Source of the DNA: Okamejei kenojei
Lineage: Eukaryota
Reading direction: 5' to 3'
DNA: 64,000 nt
NCBI GenBank assembly: GCA_035221665.1
Contig: CM069143.1
Location: forward strand, 42,036,001 to 42,100,000
Shown here: piece by piece, positions 50,690-63,469 of the stretch
Position numbering within the stretch: the stretch's first letter is position 1
How the letters are laid out: each line of letters opens with the position of its first letter
Position numbers and translations under genes: made by a program
Notes under the pieces: generated by a model
The model's database searches: none
Told to the model about the DNA's origin: nothing
Seen by the model: only the letters and a program-made list of their open reading frames with translations

Positions 50690-52599
50690 GTTAATTGCAA
50701 TATAGTGATGCCCACTTTTAACATACAAATGTGCTTAACCCCAATCATCACAAGGAGAATTCACCCATAACAATGTTTTCAATTCTAGGTCAATGTATTG
50801 CACTAAATTACAGTAAAAGCTAAAAGGACAATCTCATGTCCATTGAAAACCGGATGAGAAAACCCACATTTCTCTCAAGACACCTTGCTGAAAGAATCTC
50901 ATTATTGCTGCTATCTGGCCAGAGTTTGAAACTTAAATCCTAGAGGTAAAAGGAACACAGTCCTATCAGAAAAAAGAGACATTCATCCATTCATTTTGGG
51001 ATGACAAACCCCCAAGGTGCTTGTGTCATCCCCAAGGACAGCATTTAATGCACTAATGTCACTGGTGATAATGCAATGAGCCAGTAATGGAAGAAAGACA
51101 ATGAAATTTGCAAAACAAGACATACAATTCCTGGCTGTAATGTAATTAAAATTTCAGTTTAATACAATGTAGAAAAGTGATTATTTGAAAAATAAGACAT
51201 TCCTTTATTTGCTGTATCTTGCTGCAAACTTGCTGCTCTGAAAAACAGCAACAAACTACCATTAACACAACAGCAATCCCAAGGTATACGGAATTTGGAT
51301 AATAGAGGAAAGTTACTCTCTAGTCAACCTACTGATATGTAAATTGGGTCTAATTAGTAGATTTTGTTAATGTATTCTCCCTCTTAGCATAATAAAATAT
51401 TCCCTCCCAGTTAAATAATAGTAAAACTAATTGTCTTTTTAAGTTTTGGAAGCACATTATATAATTAATCTAATATACATATGCAAACACGTTCTAATTA
51501 CTTTGATGTATTTTACTTTAAGCACTTGTGATGAAATACCACTATGAGTTTTTCCTGGCATGATGAGAACGTGAAACCATTTGCAGGTCTAGTTTTCTAA
51601 TAAGACCATGGGGGACAGACATTTCTCAGCAATATAGGTGAAATAGATCTTATATTCAGTTACCTGTTATTGATGTAAAAGTAACTGTCCCAGAAAGATC
51701 AACTTCAGAGCAGCTACAGTTAGATTCAGTACCATTGTAAAGCAGAAATGCAATTAATGGGTCGGGTCAACCAACCTTTCACTTGATTACTATTTTCTGC
51801 ATATAATGCTCCAGACTCCTTTACCAGAATCCTTCGATACGTATTGTCCATCGGCAGGAAAACCTCGCCAGAGGTGGCTGCATAGTTGTACATAAGCCTG
51901 GGAGAGTGTTCTTAGTAGTCTTTGACATTGACACCAGCCCACATAAAGTATCATAGCACCTACCAAGTAAGAAAAGGAAACCTCCTCCTGATTTTCACCT
52001 ACAGTTCTTCCTTAGCTGATGACCCAGTGCCATGCCATACTGAACAATGCTTGGAGGAAGCATTTCAAGTTCCAAGGTCACAGAACGCATTAAGTGGGGA
52101 ACTTCAATTTCCTTCACCAAGAATGGTTTAATAACATTACTACCACGCAAGTTGGCTGAGACCTGAAGGACATTGCTACCAGACTAGATTGGTGACAAAA
52201 ACTAAGTGAACTACGATTCGATCAGTGGATATTAAGTCGCATCGTCAACTGAAGATACTTTTCATTGAATTGTGTAGCACTATAAATCTGATAAATGGGT
52301 GGTCTGATAAAAGGTCTGTCAGTTCAAAGATGAGTATTTGCGCAATGCTATGGACCTCCAGAAGCAATACGTTTCTGCAAATGAATGAAGTACAGACAGA
52401 TCTATGTGATCCAGTGTATCAATTACAAAAGATTCAGCAGGGCAGTCCAATAACCAAATGCCGATTTTAGCCTCTGGTACAAAAGGATTGGAATTTTATA
52501 ATAAGATTGGGGTACCACCATCAATATCCCCATGAATACGTTAGCTACAGGTTAGGCATAGGCTGGTCACTCCGGTTTGTTAGTGACTCATCTCCTGAC

Positions 52600-54115
52600 A
52601 TCGTAAAAATTTTTCCACCATCTACCTGGCACAGATCAAAATATTTTCCGGCAAAATATTTTAAAGCAAGCAATCTTTTTAGATATCTTCAAATCTGCGA
52701 TTATGTGAAAACATACACACAAGACTGTCCTTTTATGGGATACCTTGCGTGGCTCAGCACTTCAACTCCCCCCCCATTCCATATCCGACCCCTCTGTCCT
52801 GGGCCTCCTCCACAGCCAGAGTGAGCAACACTGGAAATTGGAGGAACAGCACCTCATATTCCGCTTGGGGAGTCTGCATCCTGGTGGCATGAACATTGAT
52901 TTCTCACAATTCTGTTAACCCTTGCTGTCTCCTCCCCTTCCTACCTCTCCCTCAGCCCTTGGGCTCCTCCTCCTTATTTTTCCTTTCTTCTCCCCACCTC
53001 CCCCCACCCCCTATCAGTCTGAAGAAGGGTTTCGGCCCGAAACGTTGCCTATTTCCTTCGCTCCGTAGATGCTGCTGCACCCGTTGAGTTTCTCCATTAT
53101 TTTTGTGTACCTGTCCTTTTATGGGTCCAGATATATTAGACGATTGTTTGAATAGACATACTGACACAAGTAAGTAGATATCTTATATTTATAACACTCT
53201 CTGTTGATACCCCAACTTCTAAGATGTATAGGCGAGCATGGGAAGATGAGTTGGGTTTATCAATTTCAAAAAATATATGGGAGGAAAGCCTACTATACAT
53301 ACATTACTGTTCTTTCAATGTCAGGCATCCTCTGATACAATTCAAAATACAGAATTGGCTATACAACTCAAAGACTAAATTGAATAAGATCTTCCCAACT
53401 GTCTCCCCTATCTGTGATAAATGTCACCTCCAAGAAGCTACCTTGACCCATTCCTTTGCATCCTGTATAAAGATACAAAACTTCTGATTGGGACTATTCA
53501 ATATCTTCTCTAAAACACTTAAAATTAAACTGTAATCAGATACAAAACTAAAAATTTTAGGAATGTCAGAGGCCTGCTCTAAGTTAACGATATTTCAAAG
53601 ACGTTTCCTTGACTACGGTTTAATAACTGCAAAAAAACTCATACACAAATTCTGGAAATGTGGAGATGTACATAAGCCTAGGAAAAGTGACAATGTGGAT
53701 TACAGAAATGTCCGAGACACTATATTTAGGAAAAAATAGGCTTCTTTTGGCTGATAAAGTAGACCAATTCCCCAAAACATGGTCTCCTGTCACTGAATTT
53801 CATCATCAACAGAATAGTTGAACACAAATCTAAAATCGATGCTTGGGATGGGTGAGCGGGGGGGGTGGAAGGAAAGTGGTGCATATCTCTGTTTCTTTCT
53901 TTTTTTCTCTCTTCTTTCTTCTTTCTCTTTTTTTTTCTCGTACTTCATTGGTAGTTCAGGGGTCTTTTCTTCTCTCTCTTTTGCATCTTTCTTTTTCTTC
54001 ATGCTTTCCTTTTTTCTCTTTTTCTCGATTTATGTATCAATTTATAAAATGTTAAAAATGAAGCTGTACAAAAAATGTACAATTGCTTCTAATAAACTAA
54101 AATAAATTTAAAAAA
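52600..54115 (+). mobile_element. 5'-truncated L1/Tx1-clade LINE (ORF2 C-terminus, 3' UTR, A-rich tail)
   Basis: FRYLQICDYV; AWEDELG...LIQFKI..LY.SK.KL..IFPTVSPICDKC..EATLTHSF.SC (zf-RVT C-C-H-C); pyrimidine-rich UTR; aataaa tail. Confidence 0.85.
52740..53110 (+). mobile_element. Penelope-like fragment (GIY-YIG C-terminus, UTR, hammerhead motif) with 15-bp TSD, inside the L1
   Basis: VAQHFNSPPHSISD.SVLGLLHSQSEQHWKLEEQHLIFRLGSLHPGGMNIDFSQFC*; CTGAAGAAGGGTTTCGGCCCGAAACGTT at 53019-53046; TSD CTGTCCTTTTATGGG at 52725-52739 and 53111-53125. Confidence 0.88.
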
Positions 54116-54164
54116 TATATATTTATATATATTTATATATATTTTCTGGAATCCTTACATCAAT

Positions 54165-54370
54165 GTAATACCAACAACTCTGAAGAACCTTAACACCATC
54201 CAGGACAAATCAGCCCACTTGATTGAAACCAGTCAACACCCTAAACATTCTGTTCCTCCACCATTGGTGCACAGTGGGCTGCAGTGTTCATCATCTCTAA
54301 AGTGCACAGTTGTTGTTTGCCCAAACTACTCTGATCACACCTCCCAAACCCAAACCTTTACCATAAAAAA
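54165..54370 (+). mobile_element. Old non-LTR retrotransposon 3' fragment
   Basis: ccaacaactctgaagaaccttaacaccatccaggacaaa..gcccacttgattg reads PTTLKNLNTIQDK.AHLI, similar to CR1/L2-group C-termini. Confidence 0.45.
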
Positions 54371-55384
54371 CTCAATATCAGGCCATGTATTAATCCAGAT
54401 TTATGTTAAGGCACTTGGATGAGAAATTAATCCTTTGCTACTGCTGAGGATTGTTGAAACAATGATGAAACAAATTCAAGTCAAAAGATGTGGCAGTGAA
54501 ATTATAAAATAATTTTGAACTCTTGTCAATATCGTGGTACTAATGAAAATAAGTCTGAGAATATAACTATTCCCTTGTCTGTCTGTTATGTTCATATTGC
54601 TGCCTCTCTTGGTCTCTTTGGTATTTGAAATTATCTGAGGATTATTACAGGATATATGCAGAAAGTCTCCTAAGAATTTTTTATAAATAGGTATATAAAT
54701 ATCTTTATAGGTGGAGTGGATAATGTAGGTTGACACATTTTTACACAGAGATGAATTCTGTAATAGACAAGCCCTTAAAACTACAAACATGATAAAATAT
54801 CTTCGGCTGATGGAAATTTGAAATCAAACAGAAAATATAAAACTAAAAGAACCGGAAAAAGCTTGCAAGGTGCTCTGGAAAAATAAGACAGTTGCATAAG
54901 CATGGGAAAACAGTAGGTGTACTGAGGAAAATCAATGAATGAAAGAAATAGCGACGTATACAGACTGTGGAAGAGAGGTGAAATATTGCGGGAAGAATCG
55001 CCCAGACAGTATGTATGAAAATATCAAAAATTAACAGATTTGAACAATATTGAAGCACAGTGGCAGAAAAATCTTGTTGACATCAAAATCTTGCAGATTC
55101 CATTCGTCCAAATCTCTACCCTTAATCCACTCCCTCCATGTTATCCCCAAACACTCAGCTTCCAACAGTCCATAACAGCAGCATTTCCTAAGAAAGAGAT
55201 TAAGATCTGAAATTATTATAATTGATATTAGCATTACAAAGAGCTGCAATGTGCCTCATTGAAAAGTATTATGTTGACTAGTGGGAATCAGATGTTCTCT
55301 GTGCCCAGGGAGCTGGAAAGTTTCAATTTGAACACTGGAATCTGTAAGATTTATTGGTAATTGCACTCTCGTTTTGAAAGAGAG

Positions 55385-56030
55385 AGCAATCCAGTCGGTA
55401 AGTTTGAGGCCGGCTATTTTTAGGGCACCTTTTCTTGCCCTTTGCTCAAATGGGGTGAGCAGATTGGATCCCAAAGATGACTGCTATGTCATGGGTGCAG
55501 CTGCCGAAGGGCTCTTCTGCCTCGTTCCAAGAGTCCAGCGACTGAATCTAGCACCCACTGCCTGATGTGTCATCTCATGACTAGGGGCATCCAGATCTCA
55601 CAATCCTGCCCCCGCTACCACTTGCTGATCATCATAGGACTCATTTCAGGGTGTTAGGGTGGATTCCCTATATGGAGGATGCCTGTGCGTGACATGGGGA
55701 GACTGGTGCACAGGCAGCCACCGCACGGTTCGTGACAGATCTGGGTCAGAATCCAGTGGCATGGAGTCCAAGACGACCGGAGACCCTTTTTCTGCTGCAG
55801 CCTTCATCCGCTTTCCCAGCCGTTGTCACGCTCCACTAAAGTGTGCCATCATCCTCCGCCTGTACCACCATTGAGGTCTTGGTCAGATTGCTTCTTTGTC
55901 AGAGACCTCCCCCTTGACCTTACTGCCATGGTTGGCCCTACCAGGAGCATAGCTCCAGACGGCCTCGCTCTCAGGATCTCAGGGCCACACAAGCTTCTCC
56001 ACCACGTCAAGGTAGCAATCCACGGAGAAG
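55385..56030 (-). mobile_element. 5' UTR and ORF start of an RTE-clade LINE
   Basis: The minus strand begins ccttgacgtggtggagaagcttgtgtggccctgagatcc..gagctatgctcctggtagggccaaccatggc..ggtcaagggggagg..tgacaaag, resembling Expander/Rex3/BovB 5' ends. It then reads LKIAGLKLTDW, like an APE N-terminal motif. Confidence 0.7.
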
Positions 56031-57237
56031 TAATGCAGATACAGCCTAACGTACCAACTGTTTCCACTTAATTGCTTTTTGTTCAACTTTAGTTTCTTTT
56101 ACCACTTAGTTTTGTACTGGATATGGTGGATCCTTTATGAAATACTTGCTTTACTTCTACCTATATTTAGGATAATCTGATGTAAACTATCATTTTCCAT
56201 TTAGTTTAAGTGTTTTCATAGTTTCTTTACATTTTGGCACCATGCATGATTAAAAGAGGTCAGTAATTAGAATCAACAGCAAAGCAGAGGGGAACCCATC
56301 ATTTCTATTTGATCGCACATAAACATATTGGAGCCCTCAAAACAAATTTGCATTTCATGGTTCTGTCAGGTTTTGGTGATAAACATCACCATGGCCTCTC
56401 ATGTAATCTGACTCTGCCTGAGGCTAGAATCCATGCTGCTTATTACTGTGATGTTTACTAACCAGTGAAGAAAAGAATAAACCAGCAAAGCAGCCTTAAT
56501 AAAATGTCATCACTTGTCTGGCTTTGCTTTGTAGATCCAGCTCTTCCTCAAATATTCAATTTTCAACAACCTAAAACACAACATCCTCTTTCAAACCTGT
56601 GTGAGTTATAAAATATGAATGATAACACACCTCCAACATGCCTTTGTGCTTTATAGCATTCATACACTGCAGTGATGGAACACTCAGAGAGTGGGAGCAG
56701 ATATTTAGGAAAGAATTATTGGTTTTATTAGGAGCAATATAAATGCATAGTGAGTTTTAGCTTGTTAGACATAAATGCATTTTAGCTCTTTTTCTCAATA
56801 GCATGCCCCACTGAAAATTAGACATTCCTCCTCAGCTGCTAAAACATTGCTCTGCACCCAGTTACCCTTCTGAATTCTCACTGTGTTGAAACAAAAACCT
56901 GCATTAATTCATCTTCTCCCAGAACTTCTAAACAATGGAATTCCTTTTCTCAATGCTCTTCTTGCATCTTTAGTACCTAAAGGCTTCTAAAATCTTTGTT
57001 CTGCAAGAAGAACCAATAAATTCTAATTTCTTGTTCTTTTTCAAATTTGTTAATGCCTCATACTATATACTAAATCATTTCACATCTACCTTGCTTACAA
57101 TTAAGGATGTGAATTTGGGTAAGGTATATGACAGTTACATAAAGTTAATAGTGTAGTGATGCCAATGTAAGAAGTAATAACTTCAAATACTGTATGCTAC
57201 TACTGCAAATCTATATCTTTTTAGAGAAATATCATAT

Positions 57238-57458
57238 TTTAGCGGTGCAGAGCCGACGACCAGTTCATTTAAACAGATTTTATTACGAAATCTTGGTCAA
57301 CATGTCGACACACATGCGACTGGCCACCATGATGGTCATTCGATCAACTGCCACGCCAAAGCGAAACCGCGTGAAAAACATGGCCCCTCTCGAGTCATGT
57401 GACCACGGCTTCCGAACGCCAGGTTCGATACCTGCGTGCACCAGCAGGTGCCGCTACA
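57238..57458 (-). mobile_element. Solo LTR (221 bp)
   Basis: Inverted termini T(G>T)TAGCGG...CCGCTACA; ATAT TSD at 57234-57237 and 57459-57462; AATAAA on the - strand; CpG-rich. Confidence 0.72.
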
Positions 57459-59075
57459 ATATTCCTATTCTTCGCTCAAGGCTTGACAGTTTCAAATAAT
57501 GAGAAGTCAACAATAAACCACATAAAAACACCATTGGTATAATGAAATGTAATGGCACAGCTGAATATAAACCAAGGTCGTAATCACTCATTTATGCAAT
57601 TGCTTTATTTCAGGTGAAATACAACTTTTACGATTTTTGTAACAACTGACCCAAACATCAACCACCCACCCCTCCTATTTCCAGACAGAAAGCTGCCCTA
57701 TCGAGCTAATTACATTTATGGATATAAGCCACTTCCAAAGGTTCCAGTGCAACCTACACTGAAATTAAAAGAAAACAAAGACCAACAGAATTTGTACTAT
57801 TAGACCCAGCAGACTCCTAGAACAAACACCAATTTACAAATTAGTTAATAAACTGGCAAGGAGAGTTGGCGAAACTGTACTTTCAACTTAATCTCATTAT
57901 CACATTTATCAGTCATTGTCCCGTCAGACAACTCCCTTCAATAAAACAGATTATCCACTGTACCTCTCTCAGATATTGATCAGATTGTGAACATTCTGGA
58001 GGTGAGGTTTTGAAGTATGAAGAGTGTAGGAATGCTATTGATTCAAAAAAGAGATCTAAGGATCCCATTTGAAGACCCATGCGAATACACATGCTGATCT
58101 CGGTGATTGAATGTTCCATCAGCTAGATTTCTGCTTGTGTTCCTAGAACCTACAGGGGATTTTGACAAAACTAACACAGGCAGAATTTAATTGATTATCC
58201 AGGTTTACTTCATCGCTTGAGCGGGGTGGAAATATGGCTTTAAATAATTCAGAATGCAAACAGACAAAGAAGAAATCAATTCAGGTAATTCAGGTATTGA
58301 GTACTGATAAAGGTAGAGGCAAGGTGGAACCCACATATGCCCAAGGCTGTGGTGCTTCTGTGAATTTAAAGAATTTGAAACTGGCAACAAAACTGAAATT
58401 GAACTCTATGTTCAAAATCTCGCCCAATACAACAATCTTTCAAAATCGTGTTCAGTGTTGATTTCTGTGTTAAAGCACACAGATGTAGAACACTGCCAAA
58501 GTTAAAGAGAATAAAGAATTACCATCTATAGTTGTTATTGTATTGCCTGGATTTTAAAAGCCTCTTGGTGGCAAAAAGATGGAAAGAGAGAGAAGAGAAA
58601 AATAATTATATTGTTTTGAAGTTCGAGAGGTTGAATTAATGCATTGATTTTAAGGAAGAGGGTAAGAAGGTGCCAATCAATGTTTAAGCAGTTGAAGATA
58701 AACATGTAGAAAGTAAAGTGCAACATATCTTTGTGATTTTATTAAAGATAGTTCCTTGTGATTATATATGATAACTAGACTAAGAGGGACCCGTTGGGTC
58801 CCAGCATCACACAAGAGGGCTGGTCCCCCAACGCAATATTCCACCTCTCCACCAATTCCAGTGGTGGCCAGTGGAGTGGGGGGGGGGGGGGCTTTCTGGA
58901 GCACTAGTATGGGTGTTGTGGGCTGAAGGGACTGGTTTCCAGAGGGCTAGTATGGACATTGTGATTCAAATGGATTCTTGGGCTGGCGACTCAGTCACTG
59001 AAGCCTGTTGTGCTGGCAGCTCACTCACTCATGGCTGGTGGGCTGGCAGTTGACTCACGGCTATTCCTTGAAATT

Positions 59076-59195
59076 CCATTTCAAGCAGGGTACAAGGCTA
59101 CCAAATTCAAGTGAAGTTTCTTACCACTTCAAGCAGGTTGCAAGGCCACCAAATTCAAGTGCAGTTTCTTACCATTTCAGCAGGGTGCAAGGTCC
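59076..59195. repeat. 48-bp tandem repeat x2.5 inside the Helitron
   Basis: Unit ccatttcaagcagggtacaaggctaccaaattcaagtgaagtttctta. Confidence 0.85.
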
Positions 59196-59524
59196 CTAAA
59201 GGCAGCAAGTTGTGACCTCTCCCTCCTGCATCTTGCAGAGACTGAGCCATGCCCACACTTCTGGGTTTATAGTCCCTCCCCCCTCCCAACAAAAGGGGGT
59301 GGCCTTCATGGCATGATTGACAGGAGAGAGAATCTCAAGATTTTTAAAACACTAATAACTCTTTTATTTTTCATCGATGGGAAATATTCTTGGCACCTGA
59401 TGAACGGAGGGGGACTGAGTAAGATGGCTAAAAATCACAGCCGTACGTGGTAGCGTTTTTTCTAAAATCAATATTAAGCGCAAACAGGAAGTGATCAAGA
59501 TTAGACTCTTAATTATATAGAAGA

Positions 59525-59735
59525 CAAGGCAACTTTAATTAGGCAAGGCAACTTTAATTAGGCAAGGCAACTTTCCAAACCAAAGACAACACAGCTTTAG
59601 CATTTCCAAACCAAAGGCAACACAGCTTTAGCATTTCCAAACCAAAGGCAACACAGCTTTAGCATTTCCAAACCAAAGGCAACACAGCTTTAGCATTTCC
59701 AAACCAAAGGCAACACAGCTTTAGCATTTCCAAAC
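59525..59735. repeat. Adjacent 19-bp (x2.6) and 31-bp (x5.3) minisatellites
   Basis: CAAGGCAACTTTAATTAGG at 59525-59574; TTTCCAAACCAAAGGCAACACAGCTTTAGCA at 59572-59735. Confidence 0.95.
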
Positions 59736-60689
59736 TATATTTTCAAACCACATTAAGGGCACTGACAGGTCAATAAAACCACTCACAGTTTAGTAGACAT
59801 GTGTTTAGTGTTATTCACAGCTCAGATTGAGATACATGACCCTCTCGCTCTCCCATCTTGCAGAGACTGACTGAGGCACTCAACACCTCCGGGTTTTATA
59901 GTCCCTCCGGGTTTTATAGTCCCGCCTTCAGAAGAGAGAATCTCAACATTTTTTAAACACTAATAACTAATCTTTTATTTTTCGCCGATGGGAAAAATCC
60001 TCTGGTCCTGCACAGCGGATGGGGACTCTGAGTAAGATGGCCAAAAATCACAGCCATAAGTGGCAGTGTATTTTCTAAAATCAATATACAGAACAACAGG
60101 AAGTGGTCAAGATCAGACTTTTAGTAATGTAGATATATGTGTAACCTTTCTGACATGCATTGATCTTTTATATGAAGAGTAAAATGTAATTTATTGTGAG
60201 TAGTTAAAATATTAAAGTTATATGGGTTGCTGGAACCGCATGGGCTGATCAAAGTCTATTGACAATTGCAGCAGTTATTTTTAATGCAACATAGAAAGAA
60301 TTTGGAATGATTCTGGAGCTTAAATGATAGATTTTTTAGTAAAATCAAAAACTGTAGGTGGGGAATGGGAGAAGAAATGGTAAATGCAATGAAAGAAATG
60401 GGCAACAAGAAATAATAGGGCCCTTGTGTATTTTGGGCTGAGGTCTTGCTTCTGCTCTCAGTACAGCATAGGTTTTCACATAGGCATTGAATAGACTCTT
60501 AATGTAATGTTGTACATTTGTTTCTAAATGTTGATATTTTCCAAAAAGAATTATGTAACTGTTTAACCACTCATCTAAGAATGTTAGAAAACAGTATGTT
60601 GGAAGTACATCTCCAAAAAACTATGCTTGCAGTTCCCTTTATATTACAGGCTACTTGTGGATCTGCTTTGTGAGTGCAAAATAAATTCA

Positions 60690-60810
60690 CTTCCGCAAAG
60701 ACCTGAAACATTACCTATCCATGTCCTCCGGAGATGCTGCCTGACCCAGAGTTGCTCCCGCACTTTGTGCCTTTTTTATAAATCAGCATTTGCATTTCTT
60801 TTTGTCTACA
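60690..60810 (+). mobile_element. Degenerate Penelope-derived repeat
   Basis: gacctgaaacattacctatccatgtcctccggagatgctgcctgaccc. Confidence 0.6.
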
Positions 60811-62484
60811 AAGTTGGTTTACTGTTTTGATGGTATTCCTAATGCTCATTTTTGCTTTTATCTGAATTAATAGATTTTCATTTGTGACCACAGATTGTGG
60901 TTGAAGTATTTTTTAAACTTCTGTGGTGTAATCCTATAATTCCTTCTCCTTACATAGTGATGGAAATTTGTTTTATCGTTGAGTAATCCTAAATAAGAAT
61001 TTACAAAAAGTTATCTTTATATTTACGTTATAATCTCCATCCCATCATTGACCTTATATTTGCTCACCATCAACTGTTCAGTATCTTTAATAACACTACT
61101 ACCACCCACGCACTCACTCCACACTTCCATTCAAACTTCTGACTCTTCCGAGATGACATTTCAAATCCAACAATGAATTAATCCTCACAAGGCAATTATT
61201 ATACTGTGCTGATCGGCTCCTCAACACACAATTTTAGGAATTTATAGCATAGGAAGGTGTTATTTTGTTTCTGTTGGGTCTTTGCTCTGGAAATTCAAAA
61301 TCAATTGTAATACCTTCTATTTGCAGCCCCATATGTTCCTCTGGTTTAAAAACCAGTAGTTATTTAGCTGTCCTTTAAAAATGCAATGATAAAAAGCAAA
61401 GAAGGAAATAAATCAAATCTCTTACAGCATGCATTATTAAGATATATCTTCAAATCCTCTGCTTGTTCCTTTTAGAAATCTGAAATGTTGGACCCATTTT
61501 CATTGGCACCTCAAACAAAAAAAATAATACTTCATTATTCAACCCCAACGAATCATTAATTCCCCAAAGATGTTTATTGAAGCTCCTCTTAGCCTTTTTC
61601 TGCTCCACTGGCAATCACTCCACTTTCTTAGTAGATGTGTTGTTATTGTAGATGTGTCATTATTTATTTTCCGTTCAATTTTCTCAATGATTCTTTCCTG
61701 TAAATACTTTCAGAATTTAATATTACCTCCTAATGGAGTACCCAAATATGCTTTCAATCCTCCAGCAGTGGTCAAATATTACCTTACACATTTTTTTCAT
61801 AATCTCTTAGGTTTGATACTCTATCTCATTATCTTAAAAAAATTACCGACTATCCCCCAGTACTTTTAGAACCAGGGAATGTTATATTATATTGTGCGGT
61901 TACTCTGTTCTTCCACATCTAGTAATGTTTATCAATTAAGTGCATGCTTTCATTTCTTATTTCCACTTCAAAGTGAATAATGATGCCTATATTCATCAGA
62001 CCAATAATTTTTCTAATTCAATGGAAATTGAGTTCATCGGCAATACTTTCTCTCTCACCAATATATTTTATCCTTGTGGTGATCAGACATGAAAAGATAC
62101 ATCTCACCAGTTCCTTCCTAAGCAGAATAACTGTGAATAGCCTAATACTGTATAGACAGTTGTCGATCCTGCCAATCAAAAGATTAAGATCAATACTTGC
62201 ACTGCACTTTATACAATCATAATGAAGTCAGCAATTGATACTTTAGCCTATCATCTTTTAAAAGTACTTTCAACGAAATAGATAATTTATTGAAAGAATA
62301 TTGCCCAAAAAAAGTTGTATCTGGATTAATAAGAGTAAAACACATTTAAATAAAACAATGTTAAGGCTCAGAGAATTAGATAAAAAATAATAAAATAATA
62401 ATAGATGATTAAAGGAATAATTAAAAATCCCATCTAAAAAGAAGATACAGAAAAAGGGGAGAAAGTCTGATGGTGGATCCTTTG

Positions 62485-62785
62485 TGGCTCACTTAATGAT
62501 GCAACGATAGAGTTGCTGCCTTACATTGCCAGAGACCCGGGCTCTATCCTGACTACAGGTGCTGTCGGTATGAAGTTTGTACGTTCTCCCTGTGAGTGCA
62601 TGGGTTTTCGCAGGAGGGCTCTAGTTTCCTCCCACATACCAGGTTTGTAGATTAATTGGCTTCGGTAAAATTGTAAAAATTGTCCCTAGTGCAATGAATA
62701 GTGTTAGTGTACGGGGTGATCAATCGTCGGTGCAGACTTGGTGCGCCAAAGCGGCTGATTCCACACTGTATCTATAAAGTCTAAA
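62485..62785 (+). mobile_element. HE1/V-SINE-like SINE
   Basis: gtggc...agagttgctgccttaca..gccagagacccggg..atcctgactac...tttgtacgttctccctgtg...tgtccctagt...ctgtatct. Confidence 0.85.
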
Positions 62786-63077
62786 GGCTGAGAACCAACT
62801 TTTATTTAATGGCCTTCACGTCAGATACCTTGGGCCATATAGTTATGTTAAAAGCCCTGCATTAATATGAGTTGATATTCTTATTCTGATCAGTTTATTA
62901 CAAGGATCTGCCTCTCCACATATTTATAGTTTACGAACAAAAGGGACTTGATTAGATGGGGCATCTTGGTCGACAGGGACAAGCGGTGCTGAAGAGCCTA
63001 GTTTTGGGCTGTATGACTGCGACTCTAAATATAAGGTATGGTAAGTGTCTTTGTTTGAAGACCTGGTTTGCATCTGA

Positions 63078-63220
63078 GGATGTAGGAAGGAATTGCAGAT
63101 GCTCCAAAATGCTGGAACAACTCAGCAGGACAGGCAGCATCACTGGAGAGAATTGGGATGTTTCAGATTGAAGAAGGGTGTCGACCCCTTAGCATCACCC
63201 ATTCTTTCTCTCCAATGTGA
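63078..63220. mobile_element. Collapsed fold-back Penelope-derived repeat
   Basis: gtaggaaggaattgcagatgct...ggcagcatc...gtttcagattgaagaagggtgtcgaccc..catcacccattctttctctcca. Confidence 0.65.
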
Positions 63221-63469
63221 CATCTGAGGGTTTTGTGTGCATGCATACGTGCGTGCATGTGTGCTTGTATATCTGTAGGTGTCTGTCAGTCACTCTATGT
63301 TTGGGAGTTGGGGTAGAAATGAACCAGACTGGTGGGAAATCAATATTGAATAGGATGAAAGTGTATGCAATAAGATTGTTCATGGTCATTTCTGGGTTAA
63401 ATCATGTTACTGGGTTAAGTCATGTCAAACTCTGAGTAAATCATAATGACAATGGCTAAATGAATCAAA

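Larger units (their letters stand above)
58775..60133 (-). mobile_element. Non-autonomous Helitron
   Basis: The minus strand starts A|TC (60133) and ends CTAG|T (58775). Hairpin GGGACCC-3nt-GGGTCCC (58786-58802) lies 7 nt from CTAG. No TSD. Confidence 0.85.

Noticed and set aside
53790-54105. Lys/Glu-rich and Phe-rich ORFs
   Set aside because: Products of the low-complexity pyrimidine tract in the L1 3' UTR.
59572-59735. 31-bp repeats resembling a CRISPR array
   Set aside because: The units are head-to-tail with no spacers, there are no cas genes, and the context is vertebrate DNA; it is a minisatellite.
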